Below, in pieces: positions 39,808-48,786 of a stretch of DNA of 64,000 nt. The notes beneath the pieces were generated by a model. That model made no database searches, was not told the origin of the DNA, and saw nothing but the letters and a program-made list of their open reading frames with translations. The DNA is from Nitrospirota bacterium (GTDB lineage Bacteria > Nitrospirota > UBA9217): NCBI GenBank assembly GCA_963737155.1, contig CAVTRN010000001.1:1184001-1248000 (forward strand), written 5' to 3'. Within the stretch, counting starts at the first letter, position 1, and each line of letters opens with the position of its first letter. The translations under genes were made by a program, and so were the position numbers.

Positions 39808-41427
39808 CTATCGCTTTACCGAAACATCAACGAGTTTGTCAATGGAATAGATGGGATAGATTTTGAAATCCCTTACCCAGGGTTGGATTACATAATAATC
39901 TGCCCGGTGCCACATGAAAACCCATGGTGCGTTCCGGATAATCCTGTCTTCCGCCTGCCGGTAGAGGCGGTATCGCTGCCGCTCGTTCATAGTGCGTTGG
40001 GCGGTCTCGATCAAATGGTCAAGTTCGGGGTCCAGACACCGCGTCTGGTTACCCCCGGCGCCGACACTTTTTGAGTCGAAAAGGGGATACAGGAAGTCCT
40101 CCGGATCAGGGTAGTCGGCCCACCAGGAAAGCCAGAAAGCATTGGGCTCTCCTTCATTTACCGCATTTTTAAACGCGCTCCAGTCCAGCTGTATTATTTC
40201 AGCTTTGAGGCCAATCTTCGCAAGATACTCCTGGATGACCGTGACGATATCGAGGACCTCCGGTTCGGCGGAGACGTAAATTTTGATCGTTGCTCCTTCT
40301 GCGCCTGCTTGTCGGATCAATTCCCTTGCCTTCTGAGGATCATAGTCGTAGCCCTTGAAAGCCTGCGGTAGCACATGGTTCTTCCACAAGCCCGGCGGGA
40401 TTGGTCCAACAGATAGCACGCCCCTTCGTTCGAAGACTGTGTTCAGAATATGTTTCCGGTCTATGCCGTAATTAACCGCCTCTCTGACCCTGATGTCGTT
40501 AAAGGGCGGCCGTGTACAGTTGAGTCCCAGGTAATAACTGTTCAGGCCCGGTTTGGTGTACACAAGGTCGCGCCATGCAGGGTCCGTGGTGAAATGCCGG
40601 TACTCCGATGAAGGTATGAGCAGGACGTCTAGCCGTCCTGTTTCGAACTCCACCACCGCGGTAAGGTCCTCCGGTATGACACGGTAGTAAATACCGCTCA
40701 GCTTGGACCGGCCCTCGAAATAATCTTCACGGGAAGTGAGGATGAGGTGTTGACCATGTTTCCATTCATGCAGAATATAGGGCCCGGTTCCGACGGGATG
40801 AGTGCCGAAATCCTGTCGGAGCCGCTCCACATCTTCCTTGGGAATGATATAGGCCGTGGTCATGGCGAGGAGCGATAGGAACGGTCCGTATGGATTCTGA
40901 AGCCTGATCGTCAGAGTCTGGTCGTTCACCACGTGGATGCCCGATACATGCACCGCTTTCCCGGCAGTTACATCCGAAGCTCCCTCGATCTTGTCGAGGA
41001 CCCACGTGAGGGGAGCTTTTGTCTGGGGCGCGAGCACCCGCTCGAAGGAATACTTGACGTCTTGGGCCGTGACTCGCCGGCCGTTGCTGAACGTCACGTC
41101 GTAGCGGAGCCTGAAGCTATAAGTCAGCTGATCGTCGGAAAGCTTCCATGCCTGGGCAATATCGGGGACGATGTCGAGATTCTCGTTAAAGCGAACCAAG
41201 CCGTTAAAGAGTTTCGCGGCGATGCCGCCGCCCTGAACATCGGTAATAAGCGCGGGGTCGAGTGTGGTCGGATTGTTGTCTAAGCGGAGATAGAGGTAGC
41301 CGGTTAGACGGCCGTCGTCGGACGTGTGACAGCTGGAGAATAACGACGCAAGCAGGAATACAAGGATGAGGCGGAAAGTCGCCTGGCACGAGGCAGTAAT
41401 TCCCCGACCGCTATTTTTTCGCGGCAT
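39808..41427 (-). CDS. ABC transporter substrate-binding lipoprotein (family 5, peptide/nickel)
   Basis: FSS|C lipobox, TLDPA, TAQDVKYS, PVGTGPY, WWADYPDP. Confidence 0.9.
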   Translation of the reverse strand: MPRKNSGRGITASCQATFRLILVFLLASLFSSCHTSDDGRLTGYLYLRLDNNPTTLDPALITDVQGGGIAAKLFNGLVRFNENLDIVPDIAQAWKLSDDQLTYSFRLRYDVTFSNGRRVTAQDVKYSFERVLAPQTKAPLTWVLDKIEGASDVTAGKAVHVSGIHVVNDQTLTIRLQNPYGPFLSLLAMTTAYIIPKEDVERLRQDFGTHPVGTGPYILHEWKHGQHLILTSREDYFEGRSKLSGIYYRVIPEDLTAVVEFETGRLDVLLIPSSEYRHFTTDPAWRDLVYTKPGLNSYYLGLNCTRPPFNDIRVREAVNYGIDRKHILNTVFERRGVLSVGPIPPGLWKNHVLPQAFKGYDYDPQKARELIRQAGAEGATIKIYVSAEPEVLDIVTVIQEYLAKIGLKAEIIQLDWSAFKNAVNEGEPNAFWLSWWADYPDPEDFLYPLFDSKSVGAGGNQTRCLDPELDHLIETAQRTMNERQRYRLYRQAEDRIIRNAPWVFMWHRADYYVIQPWVRDFKIYPIYSIDKLVDVSVKR

Positions 41428-42118
41428 TGACAAATGCGGTGAATAGTTTCCTGGTATATCGATCATTAGGGTTTTTTTCCGGATGCCATTGAACGGCAAT
41501 TAGAAAATGGTCCATTCTCGGCTCAAGAGCCTCGATTACGCTGTCGCGTGCGACTGCCGAAAGATGGAGACCGCGGCCGGGGTTTTTCACGCTCTGGTGG
41601 TGAGAACTGCGCACGCGGATGCGCGAAGCGCCCATGATGCGAGAAAGCATTGTGCCTTCAAGGATATCGACATGGTGAAATACTTTCTCTCCCGGCCGGT
41701 CCGGTCCATGTTCGATAGGATCGGGTACCTGTCTGGAGATGTCCTGATAAAGCTTGCCGCCTAGTGATATATTAACCAGCTGAGCGCCATAGCAGATGGC
41801 GAGAACCGGCTTGTGCATCTTTGCCACGGCTTTAAAAAGACTTATTTCGAATTTGGTGCGTTCATCAGGCGAGATTGTTAGGTTTGCGCCGGGCAGAGGT
41901 TTCTCCCCGTAAAAGTGGGGATGGATGTCATCGCCGCCGGTAAAGATGAACCCATCCAAACGTCTGACCAGATCGGGGATGGAATCATCGATGCCGAGAA
42001 TCGGCACGGGAACACCACCTGCATGAATGACGGCCCTCCCATAGTCCTGATCAAGGATGTTCATGTTCCTCGCAGGCCGGATATCGAGCTGCATAGTTAT
42101 TCCAATTAAGGGTTTCAT
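41411..42118 (-). CDS. gamma-glutamyl-gamma-aminobutyrate hydrolase family (peptidase C26)
   Basis: PLIGIT, TGGDDI, AICYGAQ, SSHHQ, VQWHPE. Confidence 0.9.
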   Translation of the reverse strand: MKPLIGITMQLDIRPARNMNILDQDYGRAVIHAGGVPVPILGIDDSIPDLVRRLDGFIFTGGDDIHPHFYGEKPLPGANLTISPDERTKFEISLFKAVAKMHKPVLAICYGAQLVNISLGGKLYQDISRQVPDPIEHGPDRPGEKVFHHVDILEGTMLSRIMGASRIRVRSSHHQSVKNPGRGLHLSAVARDSVIEALEPRMDHFLIAVQWHPEKNPNDRYTRKLFTAFVNAAKK

Positions 42119-42436
42119 CTGATTACCTCCCCAATAGCTGTACGTATTCGCATGGGGTACTTATAGCATATTTGAGGGAGCTTGTCAGCGTGAGATTACA
42201 ATTTGAGATTTATTAAACGCAAATCAGAAATTGCAATTTTCTGCTTCTGTAATTTTATGCACGTGGTAATGGAGCAACATAAAGTAATCATCGTAAATCG
42301 CACTTCCGAGGAAGGAGCGTGAAACCTCGACACTCAGACTTGAAACCTTTTTAACTTCACCATTTCTCGTGGACGGTTATTCAAAATATTTGAAAAAACA
42401 GTCACTATAATAGGTGTTGTTACGCATGGGTTGAAA

Positions 42437-43357
42437 TTATTGTATGAGCATTTCCAGAACTGCTTTTTGCGCATGCAGCCGGTTCTCAGCTTCGTCAAAT
42501 ACAACAGACTGCGGCCCGTCGATGACGTCCGCAGAAATTTCTTCGCCGCGGTGAGCGGGGAGGCAATGCATCACAATTGCCTTGGGATGTGCAGCCTTCA
42601 TCAGACTGGTATTCACCTGGTATCCCTTGAAATCCCGCACCCGGACCGCATGTTCGGCTTCTTGGCCCATGCTTGCCCAGACATCAGTATAAACGGCATC
42701 AGCATTCTTGACCGCCTTGAGAGGATTGTTGACGACTGTGAGCTCCGATCCGGTCCGAGCTGCCTCCTGTTTCGCACCGCGTATGACCCTGGCGTCCGGC
42801 TCGTAGCCGTGTGGGCAACCGATGGAAATGTGCATGCCCGCCTTGATGCAGATCTCGATGAGTGAGTTAGCAACGTTGTTGCCATCGCCGATGTAAGCAA
42901 GCTTCAGACCTTTCAACTTGCCTTTTATCTCCTGGATGGTCATCAGGTCGGCAAGCGCTTGGCAGGGGTGGTGGAGGTCGGACAGACCATTGATAACCGG
43001 GATCGATGCATGGCGAGCCAGTTCCTCAACCGTGGATTGGGCAAAGGTCCGTATCATGATGCCATCTAGGTAGCGCGAGAGTGTGCGCGCCGTGTCGGCA
43101 ATCGGTTCGCCGCGGCCGATTTGGAGATCGTTAGACGATAGAAACAGCGCCTGGCCGCCGAGCTGATACATGCCGACCTCAAAGGATACCCGCGTTCTCG
43201 TCGAAGACTTTTCGAAGATCATGCCAAGGGATTTCCCCTTTAGCGTCTGGCGGGATTTGCCTTGCCGCTGCATTTTTTTCAGAACTCTGGCTCGCTTCAA
43301 AATATTTTCTAGGTCCTTCGTGGTCAGGTCTGCAATTGCCAACAGGTCTTTTTTCAT
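42437..43357 (-). CDS. argF: ornithine carbamoyltransferase
   Basis: SSTRTR, HPCQ, YTDVWASMG, HCLP. Confidence 0.97.
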   Translation of the reverse strand: MKKDLLAIADLTTKDLENILKRARVLKKMQRQGKSRQTLKGKSLGMIFEKSSTRTRVSFEVGMYQLGGQALFLSSNDLQIGRGEPIADTARTLSRYLDGIMIRTFAQSTVEELARHASIPVINGLSDLHHPCQALADLMTIQEIKGKLKGLKLAYIGDGNNVANSLIEICIKAGMHISIGCPHGYEPDARVIRGAKQEAARTGSELTVVNNPLKAVKNADAVYTDVWASMGQEAEHAVRVRDFKGYQVNTSLMKAAHPKAIVMHCLPAHRGEEISADVIDGPQSVVFDEAENRLHAQKAVLEMLIQ

Positions 43358-43425
43358 CGTTCTCTCCAAAACGTAAGAGGCGGCTAAGGCAGCCGCCTTT
43401 CTATTTTACGAGCATGCATCGGTTT

Positions 43426-44619
43426 TCAACGTTTCGCAAAAAGTCCGTCGAGCACTTCCAGCAGCAAATCAATCTCTTCTTCGGTGATGACAAGAGGCGG
43501 CATGAATCGCAGCACTGTCTCTGTGGTACAGTTGATGAGCATGCCTTCCTGGATGCACGCGGAGACGATGTCCTGGCAGGGAAAGTCAAGCTCCATCCCG
43601 ATTAACAGCCCTTGGCCGCGGATATCTTTTACGAAGGGATATTTCCTTTTCAGTTTTTCCAAGCCCCGCAGAAAGTGTCCGCCGAGATGAGCAACGGAGG
43701 GGATGATAATATCGTCCTCGATTAGAACTTCGAGCGAAGCAATGGCTGCCGCGCAGGCCAGCGGGTTGCCACCGAAGGTGGAACCGTGTGTTCCCGGCGA
43801 CAGGGCCTGCGCCGCTTTGTCAGTGGCCAGTAGAGCGCCGATGGGCATGCCTGCGCCAAGACCCTTGGCAAGCATCATAACGTCAGGTGTAATGCCGGAA
43901 TGTTCATAGGCGAAAAACTTGCCGGTCCGGCCCATGCCGGTCTGGATCTCATCGAACATGAGAAGGATGCCATGCTGGTCGCAGATCTCACGGAGCCCTT
44001 TCAAATATCCAGTCGAGGGGAGGTTGACGCCACCTTCGCCTTGGAGCGGCTCAACTAGGACGGCGCAGGTGTGGCCATTGATGGCTTCCTCAACGGCTTT
44101 GAGGTCATTGTAGGGAACGTACAGGAATCCGGGAACAATGGGTTCAAATCCCTTGTGGAATCGCTCCTGTGCTGTTGCCGCGAGGGCGCCCAGTGTCCGG
44201 CCGTGAAAGGAACCACGCATCGAGATGATTTCGTACCGGTCCTGCTTTACTATCTCCCGTCCATACCGGCGCGCAAGCTTAATGGCGGCCTCCACTGCCT
44301 CGGTGCCGGAATTGCAGAAGAAGACCTTGTCTGCAAAGGAGCGTCCCACTAGCGCCTTCGCCAATTTGATCTGTGGCTCGTTATGAAAGTGGTTCGATAC
44401 GTGCATGAGCCGTTGGGCCTGCTTTTGAAGTGCAACGACGATGCGTGGATGGCAGTGCCCCAGATTGCAAACGGCCACGCCAGAAACGAAGTCGATATAT
44501 TCCTTGCCGTCGGAGTCGAAAACCCTCGTGCCCCGTCCCTTGACGAGTACAAGAGGCTGGCGGCTGTAGGTGTTCATAATGAATTTTTGAGAATCCGCGA
44601 GGAAATCGCCCGTAATCAT
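43426..44619 (-). CDS. argD: acetylornithine aminotransferase
   Basis: NSGTEA, FHGRT, EPLQGEGG, DEIQTG, AKGLG, HGSTFGGNP. Confidence 0.95.
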   Translation of the reverse strand: MITGDFLADSQKFIMNTYSRQPLVLVKGRGTRVFDSDGKEYIDFVSGVAVCNLGHCHPRIVVALQKQAQRLMHVSNHFHNEPQIKLAKALVGRSFADKVFFCNSGTEAVEAAIKLARRYGREIVKQDRYEIISMRGSFHGRTLGALAATAQERFHKGFEPIVPGFLYVPYNDLKAVEEAINGHTCAVLVEPLQGEGGVNLPSTGYLKGLREICDQHGILLMFDEIQTGMGRTGKFFAYEHSGITPDVMMLAKGLGAGMPIGALLATDKAAQALSPGTHGSTFGGNPLACAAAIASLEVLIEDDIIIPSVAHLGGHFLRGLEKLKRKYPFVKDIRGQGLLIGMELDFPCQDIVSACIQEGMLINCTTETVLRFMPPLVITEEEIDLLLEVLDGLFAKR

Positions 44620-44789
44620 GAAAGGGAAATTAACATAACCGTCATGAAAAATCAAACGGAAATTCGACAAAATCCAAATAAATAAACCGGGTTAGGAGTG
44701 AAGCGCGAAAAGAATGATACGCATTGGGAGGCGGCTCAGCCTGCAGAAAACGGAAAGCGACTCGATAACTCTATAGCCGCCGAGTAAGC

Positions 44790-45209
44790 CTTTGAAAGCC
44801 ATGAACGTTTTATGTTCGGGCTTCACCTGCATGTTGGCTGCTCCCACCTGCACCATCAGTGCGGAGAACGACGCGCCGCCTGCAGACAGTGGGAGGCCGA
44901 TTACGCAGTGCAGAATGACGAGGCGATTCTGCGTTACGGGCGCTGTTAACGATGGACTCCATCATGCACTTGAGTTTCCTTTTTCCTGATGTTGTTTTTC
45001 AGCGGCATGATCAGTACGATGCCAGCCAAGAGATTGGTGGTCACCGGATCGATGAACGAATGAGGGATGGCCCTCGTCTTTTCCCGAGGGCCGATGTGGT
45101 ACAGCGAGTTGAGGAACACCGCGTCCAATAGCATAACCAGTTGGATGTTCCACCGCAGATGGAGCAGCAACATGATGAGCTAAGGTCCCTGCCGATTTTG
45201 GTCCGTCAT
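44790..45209 (-). pseudogene. DUF401-like membrane protein remnant
   Basis: ATGA overlap with the tonB stop; LIMLLLHLRWN, VIGLPLSAGGASFSALMV with stops and frameshifts. Confidence 0.55.
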
Positions 45210-46096
45210 CGAATGTAGCCCTCCCCCAGGTAGAAAATCACGGCGGCGCGGATCGAATAGTGGTCCATTTTCCAATCGTCAGGGAGCGGCGCGAACGGCG
45301 CGGATTCCCTGATAGCGCGAAGCGCCTCGTCGTCGAGGATTTTGTATTGCGATGGTTGCAGAATCTCAAGCCCTCCCAAGGTGCCATCCTTATTGATATC
45401 GAATTTGATATACAGCGTGCCCTGGTAGCCTGATACGGCGGCGAGTTCGGGATATTTGAGAGTGCTCTCGATCTTAACTTTGAGCCATCGGTTGTAGGAC
45501 ATGAACTTGAGTTCATCAGTGTCAAGCGTTACCGAATTGTCGCCGGGCTGTTTCTCGGGCATGCCCCTGCGCGCGAGTTCGTCGATGTCGTTCTGGGAAA
45601 GAAAAGGGAGCGGCCCTGCTGATCGGTGTGTTGATGACGGTCCGGCTTTGCCTTTTTCCCCGCTCTGCTCTGCGCTTTTGGACAGGCCGATCTTGCCCTT
45701 TTCCCCGCCTTGTTCTGCGCCTTCAGGTATGCCGGTACGTGGTGAGGTTTTCGGCATCTTGAGCTCCTCGCCCTCGCCGAATTTTTTCGGTATGGGAACG
45801 GCGTTAGGAGGCAGCGGCTTTTCAGGGATGACGCGTTGCGGAGCGGGAGCCGGAACCGGACGTACAGGAGCAGGAGCTGGACGTGCAGGAACAGGAGGCA
45901 CTGGCTGCGGTCGTTGGACTGCCGGCAGCTGCTTCATGTCCTGTGGAGGAAGGTTTACGATCCTGATCGGAGTAAAGGGCAGCTCTGTCGGAGCGGGTTT
46001 GATAAGATAAAAAGCCGCGATTATCAGTAGCGCATGAAGAGCGATGGAGGCGATAAAAAATTTTGTAAAATGTAAATGCCGGGGCATGAGAGACAC
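45206..46096 (-). CDS. TonB/TolA-like energy transducer
   Basis: N-terminal TM with SxxxH, Pro-rich linker, YP...G...LDDEALRAI..APFAPLP. Confidence 0.88.
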   Translation of the reverse strand: MSLMPRHLHFTKFFIASIALHALLIIAAFYLIKPAPTELPFTPIRIVNLPPQDMKQLPAVQRPQPVPPVPARPAPAPVRPVPAPAPQRVIPEKPLPPNAVPIPKKFGEGEELKMPKTSPRTGIPEGAEQGGEKGKIGLSKSAEQSGEKGKAGPSSTHRSAGPLPFLSQNDIDELARRGMPEKQPGDNSVTLDTDELKFMSYNRWLKVKIESTLKYPELAAVSGYQGTLYIKFDINKDGTLGGLEILQPSQYKILDDEALRAIRESAPFAPLPDDWKMDHYSIRAAVIFYLGEGYIR

Positions 46097-46229
46097 TCAA
46101 AAAAACTGGACGTGAACTAAAAGTGGAAATTTACGGATAACGCTTTGGATACACGGTTGTTTATTTGCACATTCCGACTTTCTCAGCGTCAGTGTATTGC
46201 TTCAGGGTATTATTCGCGATTAACCTTGT

Positions 46230-47273
46230 TCATAGGTGGTTTTGCATATTGTCTGAAACTTCCCGTAGCAGCTTAAGGATGGCTAAGGCCTTGTCGGGCG
46301 TAAGACTGCCCATGCCGCAGGATGGCGTGATGAGACACTGGCGTAGAAGCGCATCACGTTTGACGCCCTGGGACTCCAGCCGCTTCATGCCGCTGTTGAG
46401 CTTGTTCTGGAGATGATCCGCTGTTTCACTTCCGGTAAAGGATCCCGTGGGTACGATGCCCCAGGCCAGCGCTCCACCGCGGTCAAGAAATTTCCTGATT
46501 TCCGCGGGATACAGCATTATTTTGTCCATATATCCGAAAGCGTCGAAATTGATTATATCGATCTTCGTGTTCAACAGCATCGGCCAGTCGGCATTGCCGC
46601 AGCAGTGGATACCTGCAATTCCGCCCAACTCGTGGATCATGGCGATGATCTCGTTGATTTTTTCAGCCACAACCTCTGACGACACTGCGGAAAAACCTGA
46701 CCCGAGAGACTCCATGGCTGGTTCATCGATGAAGATGATGACGGGTTTGTGGAACTGGCCGAGTTCCCTGATCTGCCAGGCCGCCTTCATAGCAAGTCCC
46801 TTGACCAGGGCGTCGAAAAGGATGTCATTGTGGATGATGTCTCTACCGGTGCTATCCTTGAACGATATCCCTGCTGTAAGGGGGCCGGTAATATGGCCCT
46901 TGACGAATCGGGCGCGCGGGGGAAGCCCTTTCCGCAAGGCCCGCAGAAAAGCATAAAACCCGGCCGCGTACTCTTCGGATAGCCTGAAGAAACCGTAGTC
47001 CTTCTCGATGTACCGCTCAAAGAATTTTTCGAGTTCTGGCGTAAGGTCGCCGGACGTATCGAAATAAAAACGTTTCTTCACCACGTCCAGCCGCAGACCG
47101 GGCATTGATTCGCTGTATTGGCTGTCCATGTGCTCGCGAAAATCCTTTTGCGGAAGCTGGGGCCAGATCGGCGCTTCGGCCAGGTAGGAAAGCGACATTG
47201 CCGCGGCCTTATCTGGATCCGCAATCGGTAAACTGCCGATGCCTGTGGCTATGCAATTGAAGTCGTAGATCAT
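46230..47273 (-). CDS. core (folate-independent) methionine synthase-like protein, MesB type
   Basis: TGIGSLP, WPQLP, TGP, IDEP, GIHCC, NFD, ITPSCG; single MetE C-terminal-like domain. Confidence 0.7.
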   Translation of the reverse strand: MIYDFNCIATGIGSLPIADPDKAAAMSLSYLAEAPIWPQLPQKDFREHMDSQYSESMPGLRLDVVKKRFYFDTSGDLTPELEKFFERYIEKDYGFFRLSEEYAAGFYAFLRALRKGLPPRARFVKGHITGPLTAGISFKDSTGRDIIHNDILFDALVKGLAMKAAWQIRELGQFHKPVIIFIDEPAMESLGSGFSAVSSEVVAEKINEIIAMIHELGGIAGIHCCGNADWPMLLNTKIDIINFDAFGYMDKIMLYPAEIRKFLDRGGALAWGIVPTGSFTGSETADHLQNKLNSGMKRLESQGVKRDALLRQCLITPSCGMGSLTPDKALAILKLLREVSDNMQNHL

Positions 47274-47752
47274 GTTCTTGGTTCCGTTCGTCGCAGTGCA
47301 TTCAGTCCCTGGCGAATACGAACGCCACGAGCGCATCGATTATTATATCGTTAAAGCTCATAAAAAACAACTTAAAACACCGCTGCCTGTCATGACCAGT
47401 CCCGATTTTCAAACATCCGATTCAGAGCAGGCAGCTAAGAGTAAAGTGACATGCTTAACGGCCGACCGTGTTTGTCGTCCTACAGATAAACGAGAGAACA
47501 CGATTTCCATTTCAAGGCGGGCTCAGCTGATGACTTTGCGCCCTATGAACATCCGGAGTGAAGCAGAAAATATCCGCAAGTAAACATACACTTTGCTTCA
47601 CAACAAAGAGTCTTTAAGGTTTGTTTTCGCTTCAAAAGTCGGGATATACGGTGCATTGACGGTGATGACTGAATATTGCATTTTATTTATATGGCCTTCT
47701 GCAATTAACTATGAGCAACTCCAAATTGTACTGTTAAATTCCCGATATTTTC

Positions 47753-47780
47753 TTGACAATACGAGGTTTTTTTGTATAAT
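47753..47780 (+). promoter_or_regulatory. sigma70 promoter TTGACA-16-TATAAT for glyQS
   Basis: perfect consensus hexamers about 50 nt upstream of glyQ. Confidence 0.7.
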
Positions 47781-47831
47781 AGCAATCTATTTTTCTTATC
47801 TTTCCCGGTTTCTTCCAGGCAGGGGCAATCA

Positions 47832-48706
47832 TTGACATTTCAGGAAGTTATATTAACACTCCAGAATTTCTGGGCCTCGAAAGGCTGTGTCATCCATCAA
47901 CCATATGACACTGAGGTTGGCGCAGGAACATTTCATCCCGCCACATTTCTTCGCGTTCTCGGGCCGGAGCCGTGGAGCACCGCCTATGTCCAGCCCTCCC
48001 GCAGGCCGACTGACGGCCGCTACGGCGAGAACCCTAACCGTTTGCAGCACTATTACCAGTTTCAGGTGATCCTGAAGCCCCATCCTGAAAACGTCCAGAA
48101 CCTTTATCTCGAAAGTCTCGTAAAACTGGGAATCAATCCGCTGAAGCACGATATCCGCTTTGTGGAGGACGACTGGGAATCACCCACCCTCGGCGCTTGG
48201 GGGCTTGGATGGGAAGTCTGGCTTAACGGCATGGAGGTCACGCAGTTCACTTACTTCCAACAGGTGGGCGGCATAGATGGCTCAGGCCCATTCCCGCGGA
48301 ACTTACTTACGGTGTGGAACGGCTCGCCATGTACCTCCAGGGCGTGAACAATGTCTTTGATCTCGAATGGACCAAAGGCGTCAAATACGGCGATATCCAT
48401 CATGAGACGGAAGTACAGTTTTCGAAATACAATTTCGAGCTTTCGGATCGGGGCATGCTGTTCAGCCAGTTCGAATCCTATGAAAAAGAGTGCGAAAAGC
48501 TCATTAATGCCAAGGTCGTGTTGCCGGCGTATGATTATTGCCTCAAATGTTCTCATACCTTCAATCTTCTTGATGCGGCCGGTGCGATTAGTGTGACGGA
48601 GCGCACGAGTTATATCGCTCGGGTGAGAAAGCTAGCGCGCCTCTGCGCTCGTGCATATTTGGCGATGCGGGAGGAGAAGGGGTTCCCGATGTTGAAGAAG
48701 CAGTAG
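47832..48706 (+). CDS. glyQ: glycine--tRNA ligase alpha subunit (apparent 2-nt insertion near 48279)
   Basis: [39 protein letters not shown]; split over two frames. Confidence 0.93.
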
Positions 48707-48786
48707 ACAGCGAGCTCGAAAAGTCAGCGGCAAGAAGTTCCGCTCATAACCGTTCAAGCAACTAATACCGTTTTTGGGGTTATATT

